Below, piece after piece: positions 50,378 to 63,996 of a stretch of DNA of 64,000 nucleotides. The notes beneath the pieces are model-generated. The model searched no databases. It saw nothing but the letters and a program-made list of their open reading frames with translations, and had not been told where the DNA came from. The translations under genes and the position numbers were made by a program. How positions within the stretch are numbered: position 1 is the first letter of the stretch; every line of letters starts with the position of its first letter. The DNA is from Macrostomum lignano (Eukaryota). The stretch spans positions 496,001-560,000 of the forward strand of contig NIVC01000284.1 in assembly GCA_002269645.1 (NCBI GenBank). The letters run 5' to 3'.

Positions 50378-53300
50378 TCACAGGTTTTTCTCAATATAAT
50401 CCAGCGCGTCGGCCACCTCTTTCGCTGGCGGCCTGTTCCGCGGCTGGGCGTCCCAACAGCGCTCCATCAGATCCCAAAGATCGGCGGGTATGCAGGGCAG
50501 TCGGTCCGGTCTGCTATTCATGCTACCTGCGAGTAGTATTGCTCCGACCGACGGCATCACTTCCACGTATTTCGGATGCTTACTGCCGCTGCCCTCACTG
50601 GAGTTAAATAATTGATAAATTTTTAGTTAACAGAAATAAATAATTATTTACTCTAAACCCAAAATAGTTAATAAATTTTAGGGTAGCATGCATCGTGCAT
50701 CAATAAGTTATTTACTAAATTTTACATATGTTAAAAATACGTAAGTTAAAAGTGGTGTATCCACGTAGTTAAAGCGTCAACATAAATTTGAATTATTTAG
50801 TAGATAAATAGAAGTATAATTTAAACTAATTCGAAACATAAAATCATTGACAAAAAGTCATTTTCAACTTTTTGTTATAGTCACTTTGCGAAGCGATCCC
50901 GATATTTTGAAATTCGTAGCTCGTAAAAGCGACTTTATTTTATCAATAATAAAAGATCTGATAGAATATGAATGCAATAATAAATAAATTGCAAGGATAA
51001 AACTATATTTGAACGATGTATACATATTTGTAAAGCTAGAACCTTTTTAACTCCTATAGATTTGCATGTTTCACTTGATTACTTACCAGAGATACCACAG
51101 AGCAATGCCAAGGCTGTAGACATCGGCACTGATATCATAGCTGCTGTTGGTGACCATCTCCGGTGCCAAATAGATCGGCGTGCCAACCAGCGACTGACCA
51201 GTGAGTCCCGTGCTCTTGAGCAGTCCGAAATCTGTTAGCCTTACCGTAGTGAGCTCGGCGTCAACCTGCGCTGGGTAAAAGTTGGAATAAAACACTTCGG
51301 TTTCCTTTCTGATTGGTCTTTTCTTTTCTGAGACATGGTAGGTGTCATAACCTGATTGTAGGTTGGCAAGATTTGTAGGGGTGGTGGGTGTCAGTATCTG
51401 ATTGGTTGGAAAGAATTTATAGGGGTGGTGGGTGTCAGTGTCTGATTGGTTGGAAGGATTTATAGGGGTGGTGGGTGGGTGTCAGTGTCTGATTGGTTGG
51501 CATGAATTTATAGGGGTGGTGGATGTCAGTATCTGATTAGTTGGCAGTATTTATAGGGGTGGTGGGTGTCAGTGTCTGATTGGTTGGCAAGAATTTATAG
51601 GGGTGGTGGGTGTCAGTGTCTGATTGGTTGGCAAGAATTTATAGGGGTGGTGGGTGTCAGTGTCTGATTGGTTGGAAAGAAATGTGGTTATCATAGCTTA
51701 ATGAGTTAAAAATTACTGACCAGCAAATTTTGCAGCTTCACATCTCGATGAATGAGGCTGCTGGAGTGCAGGAATTCAAGCGCTCTGGCCAGCTGCAGGC
51801 CAAACCAGATCCGCTTGCGCAGGGTCAGCTGCCGGTTCTGCATCAGTTGCCAAACGTCGCTGTGCATGAGGTCCATGTACAGCTCGAATGTCCAGATGGC
51901 ATCTTCCTCGGGATCGTCGGGCTCGCGCGTTTCCAACAGGCGAACGCCTTCGATAGACAGCAGGTTGCAATGGCGCAATACGCTGTTGGGATATGAGTTG
52001 CATAGGGCTCAGCTAGGGAACGCGTGAGACAGACAATGAGACAGACAATGAGACAGACACTGAGACAGACACTCAGACAGACACTCAGACAGACACTCAG
52101 ACAGACACTGAGACAGACACTAAGACGGACACTCAGACAGACACTCAGACAGACACTCAGACAGACACTAAGACGGACACTCAGACAGACACTCAGACAG
52201 ACACTGAGACAGACAATGAGACAGACACTCAGACAGACTCTCAGACAGACACTGAGACAGACACTCAGACAGACACTCAGACGGACACTGAGACAGACAC
52301 TGAGACAGACACTGAGACAGACACTGAGACAGACAATCAGACAGACGCTGAGACAGACACTGAGACAGACAATCAGACAGACGCTGAGACAGACACTGAG
52401 ACAGACACTTAGACAGACACTCAGACAGACACTGAGACAGACACTGAGACAGACACTCAGACAGACACTCAGACAGACACTCAGACAGACACTGAGACAG
52501 ACACTCAGACAGACACTCAGACAGACACTTAGACGGACACTTAGACGGACACTCAGACAGACACTTAGACAGACACTCAGACAGACACTTAGACGGACAC
52601 TTAGACGGACACTCAGACAGACACTCAGACAGACTCTCAGACAGACACTGAGACAGACACTCAGACAGACACTCAGACGGACACTGAGACAGACAATTAG
52701 ACAGACGCTGAGACAGACACTAAGACGGACACTCAGACAGACACTTAGACAGACACTCAGACAGACGCTGAGACGGACACTCAGACAGACACTGAATCAG
52801 ACACTTAGACAGACACTCAGACAGACACTGAGACAGACACTGAGACAGACACTCAGACAGACACTGAGACAGACATTTATATCAATCAAACAGGAAGATC
52901 CAGACAAACCTTACTACACACAAAGCAATTTACCTGCTATAGAAAACCTCCGACGAAATGTTGCCCAAACTTTGCGACTCCACATTGACCACCTTAGCGG
53001 CCATAGCAACCTCGCCCTGGGTGTCGCGTACCGCATAGACGGTGCCTTGAGCACCAGAGCCAAGCTGAGCTCGCTTATCGATGGTATATCCCCGGAACTG
53101 GTAGCCCGTGGCGACATTCAGACAGCGGGTGTACATGAAAGCGAGCCGAGGCGCCAGCTGGACAATTCTCTGCCGTTCCAACTCGCTTAAGCTGGCCGAG
53201 TTTTCTACTAGCTGTTCTGAACAGCGGATCTTCTGCAAGAATCTGAAATGGCGCTTGTCCAACCATTTGTTCATGGAGTCTACCAGGCATTCGACCAGTC

Positions 53301-56300
53301 GGCCTGTGTTGATCTTTTCTACAATGAGTTTAGTTAGATCCGTAATTTATGTAAATATGAGTTTACTCAGCGAAATCACGGCGCTCATGGAACTCACAGA
53401 ACTCACGGAGCTCAAGGAACTCACAGAACTCATGGAGCTCAAGGAACTCACAGAACTCATGGAATTCACAGAACTCATGGAATTCGCAGAACTCATGGAA
53501 TTCACAGAACTCATGGAATTCACAGAACTCATGGAATTCACAGAACTCATGGAATTCACAGAACTCATGGAATTCACAGAACTCATGGAATTCACAGAAC
53601 TCATGGAATTCACAGAACTCAAGGAACTCACAGAACTCATGGAACTCACAGAACTCATGAAATTCACAGAACTCATGGAATTTACAGAACTCACGGAGCT
53701 CAAGGAACTCACAGAACTCATGGAGCTCAAGGAACTCACAGAACTCATGGAATTCACAGAACTCATGGAATTCACAGAACTCATGGAATTCACAGAACTC
53801 ATGGAATTCACAGAACTCATGGAATTCACAGAACTCATGGAATTCACAGAACTCATGGAATTCACAGAACTCATGGAATTCACAGAACTCATGGAATTCA
53901 CAGAACTCATGGAATTCACAGAACTCATGGAATTCACAGAACTCATGGAATTCAGAGAACTCATGGAATTTACAGAACTCACGGAGCTCAAGGAACTCGC
54001 AGAACTCATGGTACTCATTTGGAACCCATGAACCCCTGGAACACATAAACCCTGGAACACATGAACCCTGGAACACATGAACCCTAGTTGGAACACATGA
54101 ACCCTGGAACACATGAACCCTGGAACACATGAACCCTGGTACACATGAACCCTGGAACACATGAACCCTGGAACACATGAACCCTGGAACACATGAACCC
54201 TGGAACACATGAACCCTGAAACACATGAACCCTGGAACACATGAACCCTGGTACACATGAACTCTGGTACACATGAACCCTGGAGCACATGAATCCTGGA
54301 ACACATGAACCCTGGAACACATGAACCCTAGCTGGAACACATGAACCCTGGAACACATGAACCCTGGTACACATGAATCCTGGAACACATGAACCCTGGT
54401 ACACATGAATACTGGAACACATGAACCCTGGAACACATGAACCCTAGCTGGAACACATGAACCCTGGAACACATGAACCCTGGTACACATGAACCCTGGT
54501 ACAAATTAACCCTGGAACACATGAACCCTGGAACACATGAACCCTGGAACACATGAACCCTGGAACACATGAACCCTGGAACACATGAACCCTGGAACAC
54601 ATGAACCCTGGAACACATGAACCCTGGTACACATGAACCCTGGTACACATGAACCCTGGTACACATGAACCCTGGTACACATGAACCCTGGAACACATGA
54701 ACCCTGGAACACATGAACCCTAGCTGGAACACATGAACCCTGGAACACATGAACCCTGGAACACATGAACCCTGAAACACATGAACCCTGGAACATATGA
54801 AACCCTTAAAATCGTTACGTTCTGAGTTATACGCAATCAGTTAGTCCCAGGATAGTTAGTGCACAAGGACTCACTGATATGACACTTGGCCTGAAACCGC
54901 TTCCACTCAGGATCCTGCACTGGCCGACTGAAAATCACTCCGGGATGACGGAGAATCGTTCGAATATTGAGCGACATCTGACGCATCACCGTCCTGAAGC
55001 CGAGGCTGTAAATATCGCTAGCCTGCAGGTCGCACTCGTCGGCTAGAGTAGCTTTGAGCACGGCCAAACTTGGCGTCTGCTCGATGTCTCTCTCGTATTC
55101 GAACACTCGAGCTTTTAAATCTTCCAATTCGGCGAAGCAGTCCTGCATTGCGCCCTTCTGCAGGAACTCTTGATAGGCCACGATAACCCTGTTGTTGATG
55201 AATCGGTGGATTTCGGTGACGCAGCGCTCTTCGATTTGATTGGAGGAGAGGTTTGCGTCGATGACGTTCTCTGAGTACTCCATCGACTTCACTTCCTCGA
55301 GCAGAATTGGTCCCTTCAATGTTTTTTTGCATGGATATACAGAAAAACGCATGTGTTGTTTCGTTTTCTGATTTTTTAGGAATCGTAGGTCTAAAATATT
55401 GTAGCCTAGTGGTTAGAGCGCGTCGGACTAACGACTGAACAATTTGTGTTTTTGAGCAAGGTACTTAACTCTTCATTGCTTCAGTTCACTCAGCTGTAAA
55501 ATGGGTGCCAGCATTAGCTGGGATAATTGAGGGTGTGTGGCAACCCCCCCCCCCCCAGTCCTTGGACTGAACAGCCGTACGCAGCCTTCAGATGCGCCGC
55601 GCAATATCTGCAGCTGAGCTGTCGGTTGTACATCTGCCATTATGACAGGTGTAATCAATTATTAATATTATTTGCGACTTGACATCAAGTGGGATACACA
55701 TGAACAGGGTCTTCTTCGACAAAACTGTACTTTTAAATCTTGTAAAAACCTCACGTCGATGGGTTTTTACAATTAAGAAATCATCGTTAATACGAATATA
55801 AGTTGCAATTTAAGTACATTTAAGGCAGTCACGTGCAATCCCAAAATTTCAGTGACAACATGCGAGTAAAACGGGTAGCTTCTATAGTTTATTTATTTAT
55901 TTATTTATTTAAAAATCCAAATACGCCTAAAATGACTATCTCCCAACTTACTAACACTTAGTCATTCAGGGTACACAGGCACACATTCGCACTACGCAGT
56001 TGACATGATGTTTTCATCTGTAAGACAGCAAACACTGATTTTGGGTATTCCAGCGCGAGAGTCCGTCGCGTTTACCTGAGCCGCTCTGTCCCAATTTTGT
56101 GCACCGACATAGACCAAAGTCAACTCGCATTCTACAAGAATAGAAATGAACTCTTACGACTTGTTACTAAAATTATCAGTTATAATATCTATTAGTTATT
56201 ACACCGGGTAGGCGTTTTCAATTCTTTCATGCAATAGTTCGTGCTTGACTTATCTAATATCTATGGCACAAATTTTTTTCGTCTAGCACTTCGTTAGCAC

Positions 56301-59300
56301 GGAGAGAACGTTTGAAACAGAATTTGAAAACGGATGAGAGATCAGGAAGCTGTTAGAGAACATCGTAAGTTTAGCATTTTTGGCTTTTAATACACAGCAA
56401 TGAATTCAATTGCCAACTATAATTTCGTCAAAAATCGAAAACTAAGTATCACGTATAGTAATCACAAGTATCACCAATAAATCAATGCCCTCCTTACCTG
56501 ACTCTTAATTAAACTTTCCGCCTCACGTTCAAAGCCTTCGCGATGTTTTTCAACAATTTTCTTGGACTGCTCGTGGTTCCGACACTCCATAGCTCGGATC
56601 ATTTCGAGATTTTTGCGCCGCATCTGCGTGCAAGCTCGAATATCGTTGGCCTTGTTCATCACCAAGTCCATAGTTTGGCAGTGCAAAACTCGCAAGCCTG
56701 AGCAAGCGCCAAGGATTAGGCTGCGAAACTGTTCGGCAGCGAAGTCGGCCAGTTTTTGTTGCATCTCGTTGAAGCGAAGCACCCACTTGCTGCGTTTCAC
56801 GGCGGCTCCGGCCGCTTGATCTCCGCCGGATCTTTTGATTGCTATCGCCACGCGCCTCCTGTAGTTCTTCATCTCCCAGCTCGAGATGCAGAAGAATCTC
56901 GAACAACTTTCGGGCGTTTCTTCCGCGCCGAAGCATTGAAGCTTTTTGAGTCGACTGAAAACACGTCGAGCACGATCCTGCTCGATGTCTTCGATTGTAC
57001 GACCACTTTCTGGCGTTGGAATATCCTCTTTGGAAACGTCCATTTTTGTTACTAGATAGAATAGTTCAAGTTCCGGAGCTGTGGCTCGAATGTTTTCAAT
57101 GTCTTTCTCGGCCTAGGGAAGGAATGAAACTGTGGTAGAGTTTTGATGGTATTATAGAGAGCTTACTTGTTTTCATTTAGTGATGCGTTGGATTGTGACT
57201 AATTCTGACTAATTTCTTAGGCACTGGTTTGCGAGGGCCTATCGCGTTTAGTGGGGGTGGCGGTGCGTGCTGAGGTGGTTGTTGCGTTTGGGGTGCTTTG
57301 TCCTTGTCCCCCGCTGAGGGTTGGATGGTCCTGGGGTTGGATGGTCTTGGGGTTGGATGGTCTTGGGGTTGGATGGTCTTGGGGTTGGATGGTCTTGGGG
57401 TTGGATGGTCTTGGGGTTGGATGGTCTTGGGGTTGGATGGTCTTGGGGTTGGATGGTCTTGGGGTTGGATGGTCTTGGGGTTGGATGGTCTTGGGGTTGG
57501 ATGGTCTTGGGGTTGGATGGTCTTGGGGTTGGATGGTCTTGGGGTTGGATGGTCTTGGGGTTGGATGGTCTTGGGGTTGGATGGTCTTGGGGTTGGATGG
57601 TCTTGGGGTTGGATGGTCTTGGGGTTGGATGGTCTTGGGGTTGGATGGTCTTGAGGTTGGATGGTCTTGGAGTTGGATGGTTCTGGGATTGGATGGTCTT
57701 GAGGTTGGATGGTCTTGGGGTTGGATGGTCTTGGGGTTGGATGGTCTTGGGGTTGGATGGTCTTGGGGTTGGATGGTCTTGGGGTTGGATGGTCTTGAGG
57801 TTGGATGGTCTTGGAGTTGGATGGTTCTGGGGATTGGATGGTCTTGAGGTTGGATGGTCTTGGGGTTGGATGGTCTTGGGGTTGGATGGTCTTGGGGTTG
57901 GATGGTCTTGGGGTTGGATGGTCTTGGGGTTGGATGGTCTTGGGGTTGGATGGTCTTGGGGTTGGATCGTCTTGGTGTTGGATGGTCTTGGGGTTGGATC
58001 GTCTTGGTGTTGGATGGTCTTGGAGTTGGATGGTCTTGGTGTTGGATGGTCTTGGGGTTGGATGGTCGCGGGGTTGGATGGTTTTAGAGCTACTGGTTTT
58101 TGTTCATATATTTTCCTATGGTCCATATGGTAAAATACAAACAATGGTTATTTTGATGCTCAAAGTAAATGATTCAGTTATTGTATGTAAAACAGTAGCT
58201 CGAAGAAAATTACCGCCAAAGTGATTCCGTATCGACCGTCGATAACGTACAAAATGATTGGCAGAAACGAGTCAATCGCCCGCATGGTCAGGGTGTCAAG
58301 AGCGTCGTTTTCGTTTAGTCCGGGCGAATCCACAATGTCCAGTCCGCACTTGCGCAGAAACTCGCTAGGCACACCGAGCTCAACTGATGCGCTCAATAAA
58401 TTTGCATCTTCACGACTGTCGTCTTTTAGCCAGATTAAATTTTCGTCAATTTTGCCGTCCTCCGGTTGGACTGTCTGGCCCAACTGCTTGCCATGCTTGT
58501 CTAGGAGGCGAACTGTCACTCGGTCTGCGTAGGTTATTCGAGTCACTCTGGCTGTGCACGGCGTCGATGATTGGTCAACAAACTTGCGACCTTGAAAAAG
58601 TTATAATTTAATTGAACTATACAGTTTAAATTGACTTTTTGTAGTCCTTACTTGTAGTGAATGTTATCTAGAAAGCTTACTGTGGGTTGGCTTTATTCAT
58701 TCGGTCGCAAAACCGAAACCCCAGAAGTATCGTGGCGTCATAAATTTAAAACGCAGTGTCTTTCATAAGTTCTAGACTTCATTCTGATTATAGTTCGATC
58801 TAGTGATGCATCTGATGTTATATTTCAGTTTTTAAATATTTGGTCTTGTCATTTTTGTGTCCTGTAATGCATCGGTGGTGCAATGTCTTTAACATGAGAC
58901 CCCTGCCAGACAAAAATTACTTATGTAAACTTTTGGATGCAAGTTACTGTAACAAATTGCTATCGCTAGAAATTTTGTCGAAATGAGTCTGCTCCTAGCT
59001 TTGCTCTACCGGTATAATATAAATCACCTAATACAAAACGATTCTGGAAGACAGCCAATGGTACAGCCGCAGCACTCGGCTCGGCGAGGCATGACCCCTG
59101 CATCACTCATTTACCGTGGCTGCCTTGGGAATCGACGCAAGCAGCCTATTTAGCTGCGCGCTAACCGTGGCCAATTCTAATTAACTTGCATCACCTTGAA
59201 ATACTTGTCCGACTGAACAGATGCATACCACTTGGTAGTCTATATAACTATTATACTTGTTTCTCCATACCTACTGTAAAGCATAGTAACTTCTCGCTCC

Positions 59301-62300
59301 CCTCAGAATGCGCAGCAGCTGCTTCACATCTCAGCCCATAGACAAAACCGTAGAAGGGCAACTCGTCTGCCGGTCCTTGTACTCTGGCCTTCTATCGAAT
59401 CGAACAACTTTCTAGGCTACACGGCTCGTTAAGAGCGCCCTTAATTCTAGCTCTAATAAGCTAAAACTAACGCTAAAAAGCATCGAAGATCTCGCGCAGG
59501 GTGCACAACGTGACGACGAGAATTATTCTCATAGTCGGAGAGTGACAGTGAGAGACGTAACTTAATTAGGCCATTTGCGTTTTCGCCAAATACTATAGGA
59601 GCAGTCATAATCTAAAAACCCAAAGAGAGGCCGACGGAAAAAAGTAATTCAGCATCAAGACGGCATGTCCAGCTTCAGCCTCGCCGAGGCTTTGAAAAAG
59701 TCTCGGCCGCACCGCGCCGGCCAGTTCGTCTCGCCGCCACGCGTTCTGACGTTGCACAACTCGCGCAGCGAGCCTTCGCACATGACAATTCGAAGGCGCA
59801 ACGACGACATAATTCGCCTGCCGGCGCAGCCCTGGCATTCACCCACAGCCCGGGGGATCTGCGGCAGCAGCTCGCCGCCGCCGACGCCGCCGCAGCCATT
59901 GCCGGTGTCTTTTAGCGTTGATTTTCCGCAACGAGGCAATGTTAATCTGCACCAATATCTGCCGCGCAATTTTGGTCAACAGAAATTCGTTCTTAATAAT
60001 AACAGCTTTGCTGGAGGCAGCGGCGCGATGCTCAACCACACGGACACCAGCGGCGAGGACGCCAAATCAAGCGGCACGCTGGCTGGCCTCTCCGACACGA
60101 TTTCTATCGACGCCAGCATTTCCGATCATTTCCTGTGCGAGCGAAGCGACAGAGTCTGGCACAGCGGCGGCAACTGCAGTAATTCGACGCACCGCAATCG
60201 ACGTCGTTCCAGACGACGCGGTGGCTCGAAGCGTCGTCGGAAACCGACGGACTATGACGAACAAGTCGACCAAGATGACAGCGACGATTCGCCGCGCGTG
60301 CCGGAAGTTCTGAACGCTTCGAACGATCGGAAGCATCAAAATTATCTGCGCATTAAAGCTCCAGCAAGGAAACACTATCAGCATCAGTCGCAGCAGAATC
60401 AGGTGATTCAGTGCCAGCAACAGAGCAGCAGCGGGCAATATCAGTACATCAGCAGCAGCGGTGGCAGTGAAGAATTTTGCGACATGCCCCAGCAATACAT
60501 TCGCAGTACCAATGTAGCGGGACTGTGTGAGTTAGCTGCGGCGAAACTTCTCTTATTTATGAATCTAAACAGAAGCGTGAAGAGTGGTGTTAGAAAGTGT
60601 CACATGAGATCTAGGGCACGTTTAGGCTGCGATTGAAACACGCAGTTAATCCAAAACACCCTCAAGGACGCTTTACTAAAAATGGACCTATAACGAATCT
60701 AAGATACATTTATGACAAATCCAGCGAAACCCTTCAACCCATCGCAGTTGCAAACGCCAGCTGCCTCGCCGACCAGCGCAGTCCAAGCCAACGCAGCGAC
60801 CACAGCGAGCCGCAATTCGGCCGAGAGGACCTTAAAGTGCGCGGTCACTGGCAGGAGTCCTTAAGCAACGATGATCAAAGCACAACTGAGGCGTCCTGCA
60901 CCGACGAAGAGAATAAAACTCAAATTGCTGGAGTTGACAGCGACTTGACGGCTCTGACGCTTAGCAGAATGGAGCTGAGCAGTTCTCAGGCTGCCGCTAC
61001 GGAGCAGAAACTCCTGCAGCAGCTGCAACAGAAGCAGCACAGGTCGCGACGGTACGGCGGAGGAGGCGGAGGAAGTACCACGTCGCCAGGTTCCAACGAA
61101 GTGAGTGAGGATGTCAGCAGTCGCAGCCATAACAAGCAGCTGCAGCAACAGCAGCAGCAACTGCCTCGGCACCAAATCCAGCAACTGCATCAGCAGCAGT
61201 CGCAGCTGCAACAGCAGCATCAGCAGTATCATTTTGACAAGCAGCAGCAGGTGTTGATTCAACAACCGCAGCAATTTCAACAGCAACAGATGCAGCAGAT
61301 GCCACAGCAACAGCAGATTCAGCCAAGGCATCAACATGTAGTTATGCCGCCAGTGCTGGAGCCGCATCAGCTGATAGCTGCCCAGCAGATGATGGTTGGA
61401 ATGAACTATGATCAGCCGGCCCAGCAAAATCAGCAGCAGACGCAGCAGCCGACGGTGCAACAGCCGACGCCGCAGTTTGCTCAGCCACAGTATCTGGCGC
61501 AGCCATATCAACTGATTTGCCAGCCTTCGCCGTCGATGTATCCCGATCAATCAAACGGCCTGACCATCACCAACCCGATACCGTGGCAGCAGCAGCCTTC
61601 AAATATTCAGCAACAGCACCAGCAACAGCAACAGCATTTTGTTCCACAAGCACTGTTGGCTCAATTGCCAGAGCAGCAGAAGCAAAGTCTGCCAAGTCCG
61701 AAGCATCATCAACATCATCGTCAGCGAGCTCAACATGACAGACATCCGCATTTGAGCAGCTCCGGACGTCATCCGCTCGGTCAGAACAGCTCCAGTTCGA
61801 GCTTCTCTTTGAGCCAATCGCAGCGCAGTACTCGCGAGTCTAACTCCGCACGGGATGAAGAAATCATACCGGCGTCGGATGATCTGGTTCACCTGTCCGT
61901 CATCAGCTGCACGGAGGCTGGCGATCGCAGCGGCGGCAGCGGTCGCGTTGGGGGCGGCGGCGGCGTCGGCGGTGGCAACTCGGAGGGCGAAGCGACAACG
62001 GCTCCGGCAGTGGAGACAGAAGCCGAGGGAGAAGTTGGCACGACTCTGTGCGCGGAGACGGATGATCATCGGGTGCCGTGCTCCGTGGTTTCGACCGAGC
62101 AACGACAGGAGCCACAGCAACCACTTCAGCAGCACTTAGACAAGCCGCAGAATCACAACCAGCAACCGGTCCATGAGGAAAGTCATCACATCCACCGCAG
62201 CCGTGAGCAGCAAGCCAAGCAGGAGCAGATTTTGTCACCATCGGAGTCGCAGCAATCGTCTCGCTACGGCCGATTGAAGACGCCAGAAATTTGCAAGCGA

Positions 62301-63996
62301 GACTTTCTATCCATGCTTCGGCAGAACATCTCGCACGGTAGGCTGCACCGACGTGCCAAAATGAAGCTGAACAGGCGGTCCTAGCTGACCAAGTTCCAAG
62401 ATCCCAACACAAATATTTGCCAGCAAAATCAATTCCTCGATTGTCAATTGTCGCGCCTCCATTGGGACTGCAGCCTTGTTATAAAAACTCAAACTTGTGC
62501 GCCAGCGTGAACTCTCCCTCCCACACACACCCAACCCCTTCAAAGTCTTCTCAGCAGAGTCGAATTTGTAATGCTGTCCGTATCCGTACCGCGCTCTCAA
62601 CCAATTGAGTGTTTATTTGCGTAATTGTAATCAATTCAGCACAAGCTCGTGCGCAAAACGCGAAGTTAACAACGCCAATACGCTGCATGCACATTCGGTT
62701 GTGTTTAAAAAGTGCTTTTAACACACACGCACAATTTTTCGTAACTTATAAATGTGGTAAATCCATTCTTTTTGTTTCCTACTCCATCCCCGATTGGCAG
62801 CTTAAACTGCAGTAACTGTCGAGTTTACAATGCCGCCTTTTTTAAACTGTTTCGCTTCTGGCCCTCCCGTACTCATGGTCTCTTCGCAGACTGTTTGGTA
62901 ACCTGCTCTCCGAATTATTTCGCACGTCGTCTCAAAACTGTGACTGCACATTTACCTCGAAACCTACTAAACCGACTGCAATGTTTTTTCATTCATTTTT
63001 TTAATATATAAGACAAATTTCAGGTGTCCAGCAAATACCAGAATATTTTTTCTTGTAACCTCAAGACACAAAGCGTATGGTTATGTAAAATGCTTGGTAT
63101 ATTCTGTTGCTTTTGTGTTTCCGTGCTGACGAAGGCAAGGGCAGGGGGATGTTAGACAAATGAACAAGGATGTTAGAATAACAACACGGATGTTAGACTA
63201 TAACAACGAGAGTGTTAGAAAAATTAAAGAAAGAAAATCAGACCAGAACAATGATGTTGGAAAAATTAAAAAGGATGTCAGACGAGAACAAGGATGTTGG
63301 ACAAATTAAAAGGGATGTCCAACCAGAACAAGGATGTTGGACAAATTAAAAGGGGTGTCCGACCAGAACAAGGATGTTGGACAAATGAAAGATGATGCCA
63401 GACCAGAACAAGGATGTTGGACAAATGAAAGATGATGCCAGACCAGAACAAGGATGTTGGACAAATGAAAGATGATGCCAGACCAGAACAAGGATGTTGG
63501 ACAAATGAAAGATGATGCCAGACCAGAACAAGGATGTTAGACAAATGAAAGACGATGTCAGGCCAGAACAAGGATTTATGACAAATGAACAAGGTTGTTA
63601 AAAGACGAGACTACATGTATGTTAGACCAATAAGCAGGGAAAGCTTAGCCGCGAGAAATGTTACACAAAGAACTCACCTAACAGTTCGTTAATAAAGGTG
63701 CTCTTTCCCGAGTTGCTCTGACCAACAACTACTATGCAAGGCCGTTCGAGACTGTTCGCAGCAGACGAACTATTGAAGCCACCACCGCTTTTGAACAGCT
63801 GGTTAACCCGTTCTCGGACACCCTGCAAAGCCAAATTCTCTCGAATCTCGGCAACTAATTCCGGTGACAAAACTTTTACAAAGTCTTTGTCTAGCAGAGA
63901 CTCAGATTGGTCTAATAGTTTGTTTAATCTGTCACGATCGGCGTAGAATCGAGAGATCTCGAAGCTCAATGGTGACTCGTTCGAATCTTTAGACAT
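50378..63996 (-). CDS. DSTYK: DSTYK/Dusty-like dual-specificity kinase with N-terminal dynamin/mitofusin-like GTPase domain
   Basis: Exons 63996-63678, 58590-58214, 57112-56498, ~55312-54875, 53318-52934, 51982-51721, 51265-51087, 50597-50378. Motifs GQSNSGKST, DSPG, TKMD, EWKR, APRLA, GSGAQGTVY, HRDVKLQNLL, DFG, VGTPIYLAPE, DVYSLG, RPDRLP...CW match the DSTYK architecture as I recall it. Confidence 0.85.
51375..51680. repeat. 44-bp minisatellite
   Basis: GGTGTCAGTGTCTGATTGGTTGGCAAGAATTTATAGGGGTGGTG units. Confidence 0.9.
52024..52875. repeat. 12-bp minisatellite (AGACAGACACTC/G)
   Basis: Direct periodicity; DSTYK intron 5. Confidence 0.97.
53385..54800. repeat. Compound array: 18-bp (CACAGAACTCATGGAATT, to ~54010) abutting 16-bp (TGGAACACATGAACCC)
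   Basis: Two periodicities with a sharp junction near 54010-54030; DSTYK intron 4. Confidence 0.95.
55399..55670 (+). mobile_element. tRNA-derived CORE-type SINE lacking the B box, in DSTYK intron 3
   Basis: Near-identical body to the copy at 4721-5023; A box present, B-box region deleted. Confidence 0.85.
57315..58080. repeat. 16-bp minisatellite (GGGGTTGGATGGTCTT)
   Basis: Direct periodicity; DSTYK intron 2. Confidence 0.97.
59665..62384 (+). CDS. Nested antisense gene, 832-aa low-complexity Gln/Ser-rich protein
   Basis: ORFs 59665-60636 and 60633-62384 join through a GT-AG intron at 60527-60747 (T|gtgagt...atcgcag|TT, phase 1 on both sides), giving 2499 nt. Exons are GC-rich and codon-like, the intron is AT-richer. 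Basic NLS-like tracts. Lies within DSTYK intron 1. Confidence 0.75.
63240..63570. repeat. 40-bp minisatellite
   Basis: ACCAGAACAAGGATGTTGGACAAATGAAAGATGATGCCAG units; DSTYK intron 1. Confidence 0.92.

Noticed and set aside
52024-54796. Long periodic ORFs (RQTL, EFTELM, GFMCSRVHVFQ repeats), one reaching into sequence antisense to kinase exon 5
   Set aside because: Translations of 12-, 18- and 16-bp minisatellites inside DSTYK introns.
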